From: an uncultured Gemmatimonadales bacterium | Lineage (GTDB): Bacteria > Gemmatimonadota > Gemmatimonadetes > Gemmatimonadales > GWC2-71-9 | Reading direction: 5' to 3' | NCBI GenBank assembly: GCA_963779755.1 | Contig: CAVZZO010000003.1 | Span: forward strand, 1,216,001 to 1,280,000 | Length of the DNA stretch: 64,000 bases | Shown here: piece by piece, positions 1 to 8,412 of the stretch | Layout of the letters: each line of letters opens with the position of its first letter | Numbering within the stretch: the first letter of the stretch is position 1 | The notes under the pieces: generated by a model | Told to the model about the DNA's origin: nothing | What the model saw: only the letters and a program-made list of their open reading frames with translations | Database searches by the model: none | Translations under genes and position numbers: made by a program

Positions 1-96
1 GGTGCCTGGCGGCTGGCCCAGGGGGAGCGCAGCGGCTGGGACCTCGAGCCCCGGCCGGACCTGACGTTTCCGGGACTGAGAAGGACTGAGGACTGA
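1..96 (+). CDS. tsaD: 3' end of probable tRNA N6-adenosine threonylcarbamoyltransferase TsaD (partial)
   Basis: Frame 1 reads GAWRLAQGERSGWDLEPRPDLTFPGLRRTED*, resembling the TsaD C-terminus after the DNAAMIA motif; only 31 aa are visible. Confidence 0.5.
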   Translation, partial: GAWRLAQGERSGWDLEPRPDLTFPGLRRTED

Positions 97-131
97 GGAG
101 GCAAGCCTGCCGTCCTGCCGTCCTGCCGTCC
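73..131. repeat. Short tandem repeats (GGACTGAG x3, CCTGCCGT x3) at the tsaD-lgt junction
   Basis: Read directly; overlaps the upstream stop codon. Confidence 0.8.
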
Positions 132-176
132 CTGGATTACTTTGCCACCTACTGATTCCTGAGAGTACAGCAGAAC

Positions 177-1040
177 ATGGACGTCTACCCTTTCATAATC
201 CATCTGGGTCCCCTGGAGATTACCGGCTACGGGATCATGATGATGGTCGGGTTCCTGATGGGCGGCTGGCTCATCGGGCTCGAACTCAAACGCCGCGGGC
301 TGCGGGAAGATTACGCCGCGGACATCACCGTGGCTGCCGTCATCGGCGGCGTCATCGGCGCCAAGCTCTGGTACGTCGCCCTGACCGGCGATCCGGGCGC
401 GCTGTTCTCCCGGGGCGGACTGGTCTGGTATGGAGGCCTCATCGGGGGCGCGGCAGCGGTCGCCATCAACGGCTGGCGCCTCCGGGTACCCACCCGGTGG
501 ACCATGCACCTGGTGGCGCCCGCCCTGGCGGCGGCCTACGCCCTGGGACGGGTGGGGTGTTTCCTGGTGAACGACGACTACGGCCGCCCCACCTCCCTTC
601 CCTGGGGCGTCAAGTTCCGGCAGGGGCTCCCCCCCTCCACCGCGGAGAACCTGCACAGCCTCTTCCGGGTGCCCATTCCGCCCGGCGTCGACCCGAATAC
701 GGTCCTGGCCGTGCACCCCACCCAGCTCTATGAAGTCGCCGCCATGCTGGTGGTATTCGCCGTGCTCTGGAAACTGCGCCGCAAGGCCTGGGGCATCGGC
801 GCGCTGTTCGGCGTCTACCTCATGCTGGCCGGGCTGGAGCGGTTCCTGGTGGAGTTCGTCCGTGCCAAGGACGACCGCTTCCTGGGGCCCTTTACGATCG
901 CTCAGCTTACCAGCGTGCTGCTGGTGATCGCAGGGGTGGCACTCTGGAGCTGGCTGCGGAGCCAGCCCAGCCCCGGGCCCGGGACCTACTTGACCCTGGA
1001 CAGTACTCAGTCGGCGTCAAAACCTGTGACAGTTCCGTAA
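177..1040 (+). CDS. lgt: Prolipoprotein diacylglyceryl transferase
   Basis: GGLVWYGG, GRVGCFL, HPTQLYE and RFLVEFVR motifs; multiple TM segments. Confidence 0.95.
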   Translation: MDVYPFIIHLGPLEITGYGIMMMVGFLMGGWLIGLELKRRGLREDYAADITVAAVIGGVIGAKLWYVALTGDPGALFSRGGLVWYGGLIGGAAAVAINGWRLRVPTRWTMHLVAPALAAAYALGRVGCFLVNDDYGRPTSLPWGVKFRQGLPPSTAENLHSLFRVPIPPGVDPNTVLAVHPTQLYEVAAMLVVFAVLWKLRRKAWGIGALFGVYLMLAGLERFLVEFVRAKDDRFLGPFTIAQLTSVLLVIAGVALWSWLRSQPSPGPGTYLTLDSTQSASKPVTVP

Positions 1041-1122
1041 GTCGTTTCAAGGCATTCTGTTAACTCATTGGATGCTTCGTCTGTACAAATCCTGAACAGT
1101 TGCCGGACTCGACCGGTAATCG

Positions 1123-1135
1123 CAAGTCGTTGATC
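1123..1135 (-). promoter_or_regulatory. IHF-like binding site
   Basis: Reverse complement GATCAACGACTTG versus consensus WATCAANNNNTTR; lies just upstream of a sigma-54 promoter. Confidence 0.55.
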
Positions 1136-1162
1136 GACAGTTTCTTACGAAGCCTGGCCTGG

Positions 1163-1177
1163 TGGCACCGACCTTGC
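1163..1177 (+). promoter_or_regulatory. Sigma-54 (-24/-12) promoter
   Basis: TGGCACCGACCTTGC = TGGCAC-N5-TTGC with exact GG-N10-GC spacing. Confidence 0.8.
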
Positions 1178-1188
1178 CCTTACGATTC

Positions 1189-1336
1189 CCCGGATGCCGG
1201 GCCCCCTGGCCCGGCCAGGAAAGTGGCAGGTCGAAGAAGAGTGGAGCGGACACTGGGGTCCGTTTCCGATATGACTCAGGGGGCGGCCTGTCACCCCTCA
1301 TGCGAAAGGGCCTGCGCGAAATGCGCAGGCCCTTTT
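1189..1336 (+). ncRNA. Candidate sigma-54-dependent small RNA (~150 nt)
   Basis: Lies between the sigma-54 promoter and an intrinsic terminator; three internal stem-loops; no credible ORF; flanking genes are convergent. Confidence 0.6.
1305..1336. terminator. Intrinsic terminator, probably bidirectional
   Basis: AAAGGGCCTGCGC-gaaat-GCGCAGGCCCTTT(T): perfect 13-bp stem with A and T tails. Confidence 0.85.
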
Positions 1337-1358
1337 GCCTGCCGGCACCCGAACCCTC

Positions 1359-3473
1359 TCAGGACTTGCGGCTCCCCAGTCGAGACCGCAGGCGCTCGAT
1401 CTCGGCGCGCAATTCGGCCAGGTCGGCATCCATCCGTTCCAGGGAGCGGATGAGGTCCCGCTCATCGCCCGGCGCGGCCGGCGTGGACTGGCCCACCGAG
1501 GTCCCCGGCCCGGGCTCCGGCACCATCTGGCTCGTTACCCGCAGCCGCCGCGGCTCGACGACGAAGGTCCACGCCAGCGCCGCCAGCAGGAGCAGCAGGA
1601 GCAAGCCCTGGGCGCTCAGGCTTTCTACGGTCGGATAGATGCCGAGCGAGGGAATCCGCGGCGCCCAGGAGACGTAGGTCGAGCTGACCAGGCCGCCCTC
1701 CTGCAGCTCGGCGATGCCCTTGCCGCTGAAGACGAAAGCCATGTAGTAGAGGAAGGCGCTGGTCACCGCAAAGAAGGGCCGCAGGGGCAACCGCACCCCG
1801 AATCGGTTGATGGCGATGTAGACCACGACCAGGATGACGAACCCTGCGAGAATTCCCGCCAGCACCGGCATCACCGGATTGCCCGAGCCCCCGGCCAGCA
1901 GCAGCGCCTTGTAGAACAGCACCGTCTCGAAGCCTTCGCGGTACACCGCCAGAAAGGCCACCGATGCCAGCGCCAGGGCCGAGCCGCTGGTGAGCGCATC
2001 GGTCACCTTGCTCTTCACGAAGCGGTTCCACTTGGCCACCTCCATCTTGGACAGCAGCCAGTAGCTGACGTAGAACAGCATGGCCGCCGCCACAGCCATG
2101 GTGATGCCCTCCAGCGCCTCCCGCCGCCCGGGAGAGATGGTGAGCACCGTCTCCAGCAGCACCGCCGTAATCAGGCTGGCGCCGATGGCCGCCACCACGC
2201 CGATGTGCACGTCGCGCCGGCGCTGGGGCGCGCCCATCTTCACCACCATCGCCACCAGCGCGCCGATGATGAGAATGGCTTCGAGCCCTTCGCGCAGCAG
2301 GATGAAGAACGACTGGACGAACAGGTTCACCGGGGAGAGCCGGTCGGCGATGGTCCGCTCCGCTTCTTCCAGCCCGGTCCAGAGCCGGCTGCGCAGGCCG
2401 CTCAGCTCGCCGACGGTGGCACCGCCCGCGGCCCTGGTCCGGAAGGTCGCGAAGGAGCCCTCCAGGTCACTGGCCAGACCGGAGTTCTGAGCCCGCACCT
2501 GCGGCTCCACCCGTTCGAAGCTGAGATAGGCGTCGAAGGCGACGGCGCTGGCCTCCTCGCCCTTGCCCGCGCGCGCCAGGTCGAACGCCGAGTCCAGCTG
2601 GGAGCGCACCCGGCCAAAGACCTGGGCCGCCTCCTGGCCGGGGGTCCCCGCGACCTGGTAGCTCCGCACCGCGGCGACGTGCTGCAGCAGCGGCAGCGAG
2701 AGCGAATCGCCGCCCAGCGCGGAGGCGATCTCCCGGTCCGACATGCGGGCGCTGGTGGCGAAGGCACGGAGCGCCGGGGGGACGTCGCCCGCCGGCGGGG
2801 GAAGGCGCAGGAGCGTCGCGTAAACCGCTGCGGCCCAGCGGTCGTCCGCGGAGAGCGAGGACTCGAACGACGGCATGGCCGTCCCCGCCACACCAAGCGT
2901 GATCCGGCGGTAGAAGTCGAGCGGACTGCGGTCCGCCAGCGTGGCCGCATCGGAGAGATTGGGCGGCCGCGGCGTGAGGGAGGCCGCCTGCGGGCCGTCG
3001 CCGCGCCCCAGCGCGCCATGACAGCCGGCGCAGTTCTGCTGGAAAACCAGGGCCCCGCGTGACAGCGTGGGCACGACGGCGGGCAGTTCAGTCAGGGTCA
3101 CCCCCAGGCGCTGAGCCAGCGACTGGTTGAGCCGGTTCACCCGGGCGAGTACGCTGTCGGGCGAGCCGTGGGCGCTCATCAGCCCGGCCAGGGTATCGAG
3201 CGCGCTCCCCGTCGACCGGCTGACCTCCGGAGGAAGCAACCCCGCCGTGCGGCGGGCTTCCTCCAGAAAGAGCTTCGCCTCCTGTACTTCGGCGGGCGCG
3301 ATCACCTGGCCATCGTGCACCCCCAGCCGGTATTCCTGCGCCGCAAGACTCGTGGTGGCGGCGATCCGCCGGACCGTCGTCGCCTGCGCGTCCGCCGGGG
3401 CAGGACCCTGCTGCAGCGACATGACGGCCTGGATTGCGAGCAGACTCCGGAAGATCCCGCCGATGAGAATCAT
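1359..3473 (-). CDS. Cytochrome c-fused FTR1/EfeU-family iron permease
   Basis: CAGCH heme motif plus two REGxE motifs (LREGLE, YREGFE) in a multi-TM C-terminal domain; ATG at 3473 begins a signal-like segment. Confidence 0.9.
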   Translation of the reverse strand: MILIGGIFRSLLAIQAVMSLQQGPAPADAQATTVRRIAATTSLAAQEYRLGVHDGQVIAPAEVQEAKLFLEEARRTAGLLPPEVSRSTGSALDTLAGLMSAHGSPDSVLARVNRLNQSLAQRLGVTLTELPAVVPTLSRGALVFQQNCAGCHGALGRGDGPQAASLTPRPPNLSDAATLADRSPLDFYRRITLGVAGTAMPSFESSLSADDRWAAAVYATLLRLPPPAGDVPPALRAFATSARMSDREIASALGGDSLSLPLLQHVAAVRSYQVAGTPGQEAAQVFGRVRSQLDSAFDLARAGKGEEASAVAFDAYLSFERVEPQVRAQNSGLASDLEGSFATFRTRAAGGATVGELSGLRSRLWTGLEEAERTIADRLSPVNLFVQSFFILLREGLEAILIIGALVAMVVKMGAPQRRRDVHIGVVAAIGASLITAVLLETVLTISPGRREALEGITMAVAAAMLFYVSYWLLSKMEVAKWNRFVKSKVTDALTSGSALALASVAFLAVYREGFETVLFYKALLLAGGSGNPVMPVLAGILAGFVILVVVYIAINRFGVRLPLRPFFAVTSAFLYYMAFVFSGKGIAELQEGGLVSSTYVSWAPRIPSLGIYPTVESLSAQGLLLLLLLAALAWTFVVEPRRLRVTSQMVPEPGPGTSVGQSTPAAPGDERDLIRSLERMDADLAELRAEIERLRSRLGSRKS

Positions 3474-3478
3474 TCTCA
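3464..3478. promoter_or_regulatory. Fur-type 7-1-7 box
   Basis: Perfect inverted repeat TGAGAAT-C-ATTCTCA at the start of the iron permease gene. Confidence 0.7.
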
Positions 3479-3720
3479 CCCGTTCATTCAAAGGTACCGG
3501 AGAAACTAGAGTTTGATGGTCGGGATTGGAAGGGCGGCGGCGGCACCTCCCCCGCTCTCGCGGTCTGCCCGAGTCCCGGCACTGTCAAGAAAACGTGCGA
3601 CACGGGGGGCCTGGAGGGTGCCTCGCGCAGATTCGCTCAACATACACCCGGAGAACGACTTCTGACACGCTGCCGCGGCGGCTGCCGTCGGGATTTCACC
3701 CGGGGGCGCCGGGGCGGGGG

Positions 3721-3735
3721 TGGCACGCCTTCTGC
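3721..3735 (+). promoter_or_regulatory. Probable sigma-54 promoter
   Basis: TGGCACGCCTTCTGC with GG-N10-GC spacing, about 40 nt upstream of the M23 gene start. Confidence 0.55.
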
Positions 3736-3774
3736 CCCTGCCCCATTGTGTTCAATCTCCCGATCGGATCTCCC

Positions 3775-4719
3775 GTGCGCCTGACCCGTCGTGCCGCCGT
3801 TTGCCGACTCACGCTCCTGCTCGCCGTGGCGCCCTTCCTGCGCCCGGCGGTACTGGCGGCGTCCGACGCGTGGACCACGCAGACCCTCCGGATTCAGGGC
3901 AGCTTCGCGCCCACGCTCTACGCCACCCTGGCCCAGGCGATCCCCGACAGCGTGCTGGGCGCGGAGGATCGCGACTACATGGCGTGGGAGATCGCCGACA
4001 TCTTTCGCTGGGAGGTGGACTTTACCCGCGATCTGCATCCCGGGGACACCTATCGCATAGTCTTCGAGCGGCTGCTGCTGCCCTTCGGGGAAGTGCGCTA
4101 CGGGCGGGTGCTGGCGGCGGAGCTGGTGCTGGGGCGCGACACGCTCACCGCCTATGAATTCGACGACAGCCGGGGGCGTACCGCCTTCTACGACGCGGCG
4201 GGCGAGAGCCTGCACCGCAGCTTCCTGCGGGTGCCGGTGGCGTTCAAGCGCATCTCCAGCGGCTTCAGCGCCGCACGCCTCCACCCGATCCTGCACCGCT
4301 GGCGCGCGCACCGCGGCATCGACTACGCCGCCAGCCGGGGCACGCCGGTCATGGCCGCGGGCGACGGGGTGGTCACCTTTGTGGGCAGTGCCGGCGGCTA
4401 CGGGAACATGGTCGAGCTGCGGCACGCCGATGGGATTACCACCCGCTACGGGCACCTGCAGCGCTTCGCGAAGAACCTCCGCGTGGGGCGGACCGTGTCG
4501 CAGGGGGACTGCATCGGCTATGTAGGATCCACCGGCCTCGCCACCGGGCCCCACCTGCATTTCGAGTTCCGGATCCACGGCAAGGCTTCCGACCCCCGCG
4601 TCCTCGCCCGGGAAGAGGGCGCTCCCATCGCGCCCGACAGCCGCGCGGCCTTCGCCAGCCAGGTGGACCGCCTCAATGAGATGCTGTACGTCCATGGACG
4701 GTCGCTGGCTTCCCGGTAG
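3775..4719 (+). CDS. M23-family peptidoglycan endopeptidase (MepM-like)
   Basis: HRGIDY, YGHL and TGPHLHFE motifs; GTG start inferred in front of a signal-like segment. Confidence 0.9.
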   Translation: MRLTRRAAVCRLTLLLAVAPFLRPAVLAASDAWTTQTLRIQGSFAPTLYATLAQAIPDSVLGAEDRDYMAWEIADIFRWEVDFTRDLHPGDTYRIVFERLLLPFGEVRYGRVLAAELVLGRDTLTAYEFDDSRGRTAFYDAAGESLHRSFLRVPVAFKRISSGFSAARLHPILHRWRAHRGIDYAASRGTPVMAAGDGVVTFVGSAGGYGNMVELRHADGITTRYGHLQRFAKNLRVGRTVSQGDCIGYVGSTGLATGPHLHFEFRIHGKASDPRVLAREEGAPIAPDSRAAFASQVDRLNEMLYVHGRSLASR

Positions 4720-4741
4720 GAATGGCCCACTCCGCCCACTC

Positions 4742-5128
4742 CTACTTCGTCACCGCGGCCACCGCTCCAGCGGTATGATCCGAATGACTGAGTGACAGGT
4801 GTATCTCGAGCGGCCCGAAGGTGCGGGCCAGCTCCTGAGCGCGGCCGTAGAGCGCCATCGTGGGCCGCCCTTCTTCGTTCCGTTCCACTTCCATGTCCTG
4901 CCAGCCGACGGCCCGCGCACCGGGAAGCGCCTGCAGCGCCTTGTACACCGCCTCCTTCGCGGCAATGCGGGCGGCGATGTTCTTGGCGGGATACGGCAGC
5001 CCGCTCACGTAGGCGCGCTCTCCCGGCCGCAGCAGCTTGCGCAGCACCCGTTCGTGTCCCTGCCGCTCGAGCATGCGCTCGATACGGATCACGTCGACCA
5101 GGTCGATACCGATGCCGATAAGGGGCAT
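4742..5128 (-). CDS. acpS: Holo-[acyl-carrier-protein] synthase
   Basis: GIGIDLV, AARIAAKEAVYKAL and LSLSH motifs. Confidence 0.92.
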   Translation of the reverse strand: MPLIGIGIDLVDVIRIERMLERQGHERVLRKLLRPGERAYVSGLPYPAKNIAARIAAKEAVYKALQALPGARAVGWQDMEVERNEEGRPTMALYGRAQELARTFGPLEIHLSLSHSDHTAGAVAAVTK

Positions 5129-5149
5129 GGGGTCTAGAGGTGCGCACCT

Positions 5150-5220
5150 CTCGACCCCCTCGACCGCTTGAACGGGTCGAGAAGGTCGAGAAGGTCGAGG
5201 GGGTCGAGGGAGTCGAGGGA
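5150..5220. repeat. Inverted arrays of a 9-bp tandem repeat (CTCGACCCC / GGTCGAGGG)
   Basis: 2 units, short spacer, then 5 inverted units; intergenic. Confidence 0.85.
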
Positions 5221-5234
5221 CCCGGGGATTCGAT

Positions 5235-5996
5235 TCATGCCGCTCGCGTCCACCACCATTCCGCCAGCGGGCGGAGCCAGGCCGGGACCGGCAGGTAGCC
5301 GCCAAGCACCAGTCCCAGGCCCAGAGCGGCAAGCAATACCAGTGTGGTGATCACCCAGAGCAGGCGGCGCGGCCGCCGCCAGGCCCGCGCCCGCTCGACC
5401 ACCACCCGCCACTGGCTCCATTCCCGGTCGGCGGCTTCCTCCAATGCACGCCAGGCGGTTTCCGTCTTGCGCGCGGCCGCCAGCAGCGACTCGGCCCAGT
5501 GCCGCCGGGCCTCGGGCGATGCCCGTTCCTTCCGCAGCGGCGCCGCGGCCTCTTCCAGCGCGGCCAGCGCATCCACCAGGGGGCCGGCCCCGGCGCCGAG
5601 CTGGGCGGAGAGGGCAAGCCGCTCCGGGCCGCTCAGCGGCAGCCGCTCCGCCAGCCGTTTCGGCAACCGCGACTCGCGGGCGGCGGCCGCCAGTTCCGCC
5701 TCGAGTCCTTCGGTCAGGATAGCGGCGGACTGCTGCAGCGCGGCATCCCAGGCGCCCCGCCAGGCGGCTGCGCCGAGGGCATCCACCGTGGCCTGGCGGT
5801 CGCCCGCCCCGCTCCAGCGCCTGGCATCGCCGGCCAGCTCGATCAGGGCCCCCATCAGCGCGAGCCGGGGCTCATCGAGCACCGGGCGTCCGCCGGCCTC
5901 CCGGCCGGCGCCTCCGGCGGGCCGCACCAGCACCCCCAGCGAGGGACCCAGCTCGGGCACCGGCAGCACGGTGGTGGAGGCCAGGCCCACGCTCAC
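5235..5996 (-). CDS. Hypothetical protein with C-terminal membrane anchor
   Basis: GTG start overlaps the stop of the upstream CYTH gene; helical Ala/Leu-rich; C-terminal TM. Confidence 0.7.
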   Translation of the reverse strand: MSVGLASTTVLPVPELGPSLGVLVRPAGGAGREAGGRPVLDEPRLALMGALIELAGDARRWSGAGDRQATVDALGAAAWRGAWDAALQQSAAILTEGLEAELAAAARESRLPKRLAERLPLSGPERLALSAQLGAGAGPLVDALAALEEAAAPLRKERASPEARRHWAESLLAAARKTETAWRALEEAADREWSQWRVVVERARAWRRPRRLLWVITTLVLLAALGLGLVLGGYLPVPAWLRPLAEWWWTRAA

Positions 5997-6559
5997 TCCT
6001 CCCCCATGGCGATCCGGGCGGCCTGACCGGTCCGCGCCTCGAAGCGCTGCACGAACTCGGGCAGTGCTTCGGGCAGAAACTGGGCGCGGGGGATACCGGT
6101 CAGCGAAACCACCCGCTCGATGCCCTGCGGTGGCCCTTCGATTTCCACCAGGACATCCATGCGGGGATACCACTCGATGCGGACGCTGGTGTCGCCGGCG
6201 CGATAGGTTTCGATATGGCGGTCGATCGCCTGCACCACCCGGTAGCCCAGTGCCTCGAGCAGGGGCCCGGGCGCGTGGTCTCCCGCCAGATCGTATTCCA
6301 GCTCCTGCCGCAGTTTGTAGCCGTCGCTCACACCGGTCCGGCCTTTCCAGGCCAGCTGCACCCGGCGCGCGCCGGAGCCGGCCGTCTGGTAGACGCGGGT
6401 GCGCAGGACTTCGTCGCGCGCCAGCAGCTCGCCGTCGCGATCGTACCGGCGGTCCTGCAGGAGCCCGGCGAATTCCGGCCGCAGTCCCGCCTCGCGCAAC
6501 CGGCCCTGGAGGGCCTCGACATCGGGAACGACCGCTTTCAGCTCGAGCTCGTCCGGCAT
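5993..6559 (-). CDS. CYTH-domain protein (class IV adenylate cyclase-like)
   Basis: N-terminal ELELK, QDRRYD, LRTR, LAWKG and VEIEG motifs. Confidence 0.85.
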   Translation of the reverse strand: MPDELELKAVVPDVEALQGRLREAGLRPEFAGLLQDRRYDRDGELLARDEVLRTRVYQTAGSGARRVQLAWKGRTGVSDGYKLRQELEYDLAGDHAPGPLLEALGYRVVQAIDRHIETYRAGDTSVRIEWYPRMDVLVEIEGPPQGIERVVSLTGIPRAQFLPEALPEFVQRFEARTGQAARIAMGEE

Positions 6560-6566
6560 ACGGCTG

Positions 6567-6618
6567 GGTCGAAGGTCAAAGGTCGGAGGTCAAGCGTCCC
6601 GTCTTGGCCGTGTGGCCT
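6567..6618. repeat. 7-bp tandem repeat (GGTCRRA x4) with a degenerate inverted arm
   Basis: GGTCGAA GGTCAAA GGTCGGA GGTCAAG, followed by CTTGGCC..TGGCC. Confidence 0.6.
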
Positions 6619-6639
6619 GGGTTCGGATACCATGCGCCT

Positions 6640-7344
6640 TCAGTCCTCCAATATCGCCCGCAGGACCGCTCCGGTATCGGTCAGATCCTGGAAGACCGCA
6701 TAGGCGCCGGCCTCCCGCAGATCATCAACGGTATATGACCCGGTGGCCACGGCCACCGCGCGGGCCTGGACGCAGCGCCCGCAGGTAACGTCGGCCGGCG
6801 TGTCTCCCAGGATGATGACTTCCGCCCCCGCCGGTTCGCGGCCGAACCAGGAAGCGGCGCGCTGCACGGCGATGGGCGGAAGATCGGGCCGGTGCGCCGC
6901 GTCGGACCCGTAGGCTCCCACCTGGAAGCGTGCCGGATCGATGCCGGCGGCGCGCAGCTTGAGCGCCGCGCCGGCCTGCAGATTGCCGGTCAGCAGACCC
7001 AGCAGCACGCCGCGTTCCTCTTCCAGCCGGTCCAGCAGGTCGGCCACGCCGGGCAGCATCCGGCTCAGATGGCCGGTACGCGCCAGCTCCGCCTCCAGCA
7101 GCGCCACGTAGGCCTGGCACAACTCCGCGATGCGGCCCGCCTCCGGCGGCTCGCTGTGCCCCGCCTCGGCGAACAGTTCGGCCAGGATCTGGGGATCGGT
7201 CTTGCCGTCGAACCGCACCCGGTCGAAGGCGCCGGCGTCGCCCAGCTGTTCCCCGAGCGCCGTCACGATGGCGCGCCGCCCGGCGCCGCCGCTGTGCAGC
7301 AGGGTGCCGTCGATATCGAAAAGCACCAGGCGGGACTTCCGCAT
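6640..7344 (-). CDS. HAD-superfamily hydrolase
   Basis: FDIDGTL motif I, LLTGN and GDTPAD. Confidence 0.9.
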   Translation of the reverse strand: MRKSRLVLFDIDGTLLHSGGAGRRAIVTALGEQLGDAGAFDRVRFDGKTDPQILAELFAEAGHSEPPEAGRIAELCQAYVALLEAELARTGHLSRMLPGVADLLDRLEEERGVLLGLLTGNLQAGAALKLRAAGIDPARFQVGAYGSDAAHRPDLPPIAVQRAASWFGREPAGAEVIILGDTPADVTCGRCVQARAVAVATGSYTVDDLREAGAYAVFQDLTDTGAVLRAILED

Positions 7345-7348
7345 GCCG

Positions 7349-8137
7349 CTACTCTCCCACCCGCCGCACCGCCACCAGCCGCGCCATCAGCTGCTCCGCG
7401 CGCGATCCCGGCCCACGCGGTTCCCGCACGAAGCCGCCGCAGGAGAGGGTGGAATGCACCAGGGTGTCGTCCGGCCCGGCGAGCGCGACATGGGTGATCC
7501 GGACGCCCCCTTCGCTGAAGAAGAAAAGATCGCCGGGGACGGCGCCCCCGGGACCCACTTCGGCGCCGCAGGCAGCCTGCTGCGAGGCGTCCCGCGGGAG
7601 CGCGATGCCGCGCATGGCGAAGGTGGTCTGGACCAGGCCGGAGCAGTCGACGCCCGCGGGGGTCAGGCCACCCCACAGGTACGGCGCGCCGCCGTAATAG
7701 CGCTCGGCCCAGTCCCACACGGTGAGCGCCAGCGCCTCGGCGCGGGCGCGCTCGCGGGTAACGATGCGGCCGGAGGCGATTGCCGCGCGCATCCCGCCGG
7801 CCAGCAGAACCTCTTCCCCTTCCAGCGCGACCCGGGCGCCGAGCGGCAGGGCAAACCGGGAGCCCCGGCCGACCAGTACCACGCCGAGGCTTACCGAGGT
7901 CGCCTGCTGCCGCCAGCGCTCCATCGCGGCGGCATCGACCTCATGGAGGTAGCCCCGGTGCACCCACCCTTCATAGCCGTCGCCATCGAGCGCCACCCGG
8001 CACCATTCGCCCTCGCGCTCCAGCACCCGGCCGGTGTGTCCGGCGAGCAGCTGCGTCACCTGCTCGGAGCGGATGTCGGCGGCGTGCAGCACCGGAGCCA
8101 CGGCGGAACGGCCGATGCAATGCAGGGCGGGAGACAT
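7349..8137 (-). CDS. SH3 + NlpC/P60 (C40) peptidase
   Basis: PYLWGG, DCSGLVQ, LPRDA, GDLFFF and HV motifs; N-terminal SH3-like YEGWV. Confidence 0.9.
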   Translation of the reverse strand: MSPALHCIGRSAVAPVLHAADIRSEQVTQLLAGHTGRVLEREGEWCRVALDGDGYEGWVHRGYLHEVDAAAMERWRQQATSVSLGVVLVGRGSRFALPLGARVALEGEEVLLAGGMRAAIASGRIVTRERARAEALALTVWDWAERYYGGAPYLWGGLTPAGVDCSGLVQTTFAMRGIALPRDASQQAACGAEVGPGGAVPGDLFFFSEGGVRITHVALAGPDDTLVHSTLSCGGFVREPRGPGSRAEQLMARLVAVRRVGE

Positions 8138-8138
8138 A

Positions 8139-8240
8139 GAAAACGGAGAGAGAGAAAAAAGAGAAAAGAGAAAAGGGAAAGGTGAAAAGGGGAACAGGGA
8201 ATGGGCTATTCCCCCGTCCCGGGTCCCGGTTCCCCGGCCC
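8139..8240. repeat. Purine-rich ~7-bp tandem array with inverted pyrimidine arm
   Basis: GAGAAAA/GGGAAAG/GGGAACA units, then CCCCGTCCCGGGTCCCGGTTCCCC; overlaps the 3' end of 8206-8409. Confidence 0.75.
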
Positions 8241-8409
8241 CTGGCGGGTTCAGGCGCTCACTGCACTCCCGGCACAGGGTGACCCCGCGGAAGGTGCACA
8301 CGAGGCAGATGAACGTCCCGCAATTGGTGCAGGGATAGCCCTCGGATGCGCGCTCTTCGCGCCCGCAGGCGCGGCAGATCATGGCGTCGTGTTCGTGCAG
8401 TTCAGGCAT
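8206..8409 (-). CDS. Small 8-Cys (4x CxxC) putative zinc-binding protein
   Basis: CRAC..CTNC..CLVC..CREC; starts 3 nt after the regulator's stop codon. Confidence 0.75.
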   Translation of the reverse strand: MPELHEHDAMICRACGREERASEGYPCTNCGTFICLVCTFRGVTLCRECSERLNPPGAGEPGPGTGE

Positions 8410-8412
8410 GGC

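Noticed and set aside
1155..1262. 6S RNA or SRP RNA interpretation of a long imperfect hairpin
   Set aside because: No SRP GGAA-loop consensus, and the 5' strand is better explained as the sigma-54 promoter itself, which would not be transcribed
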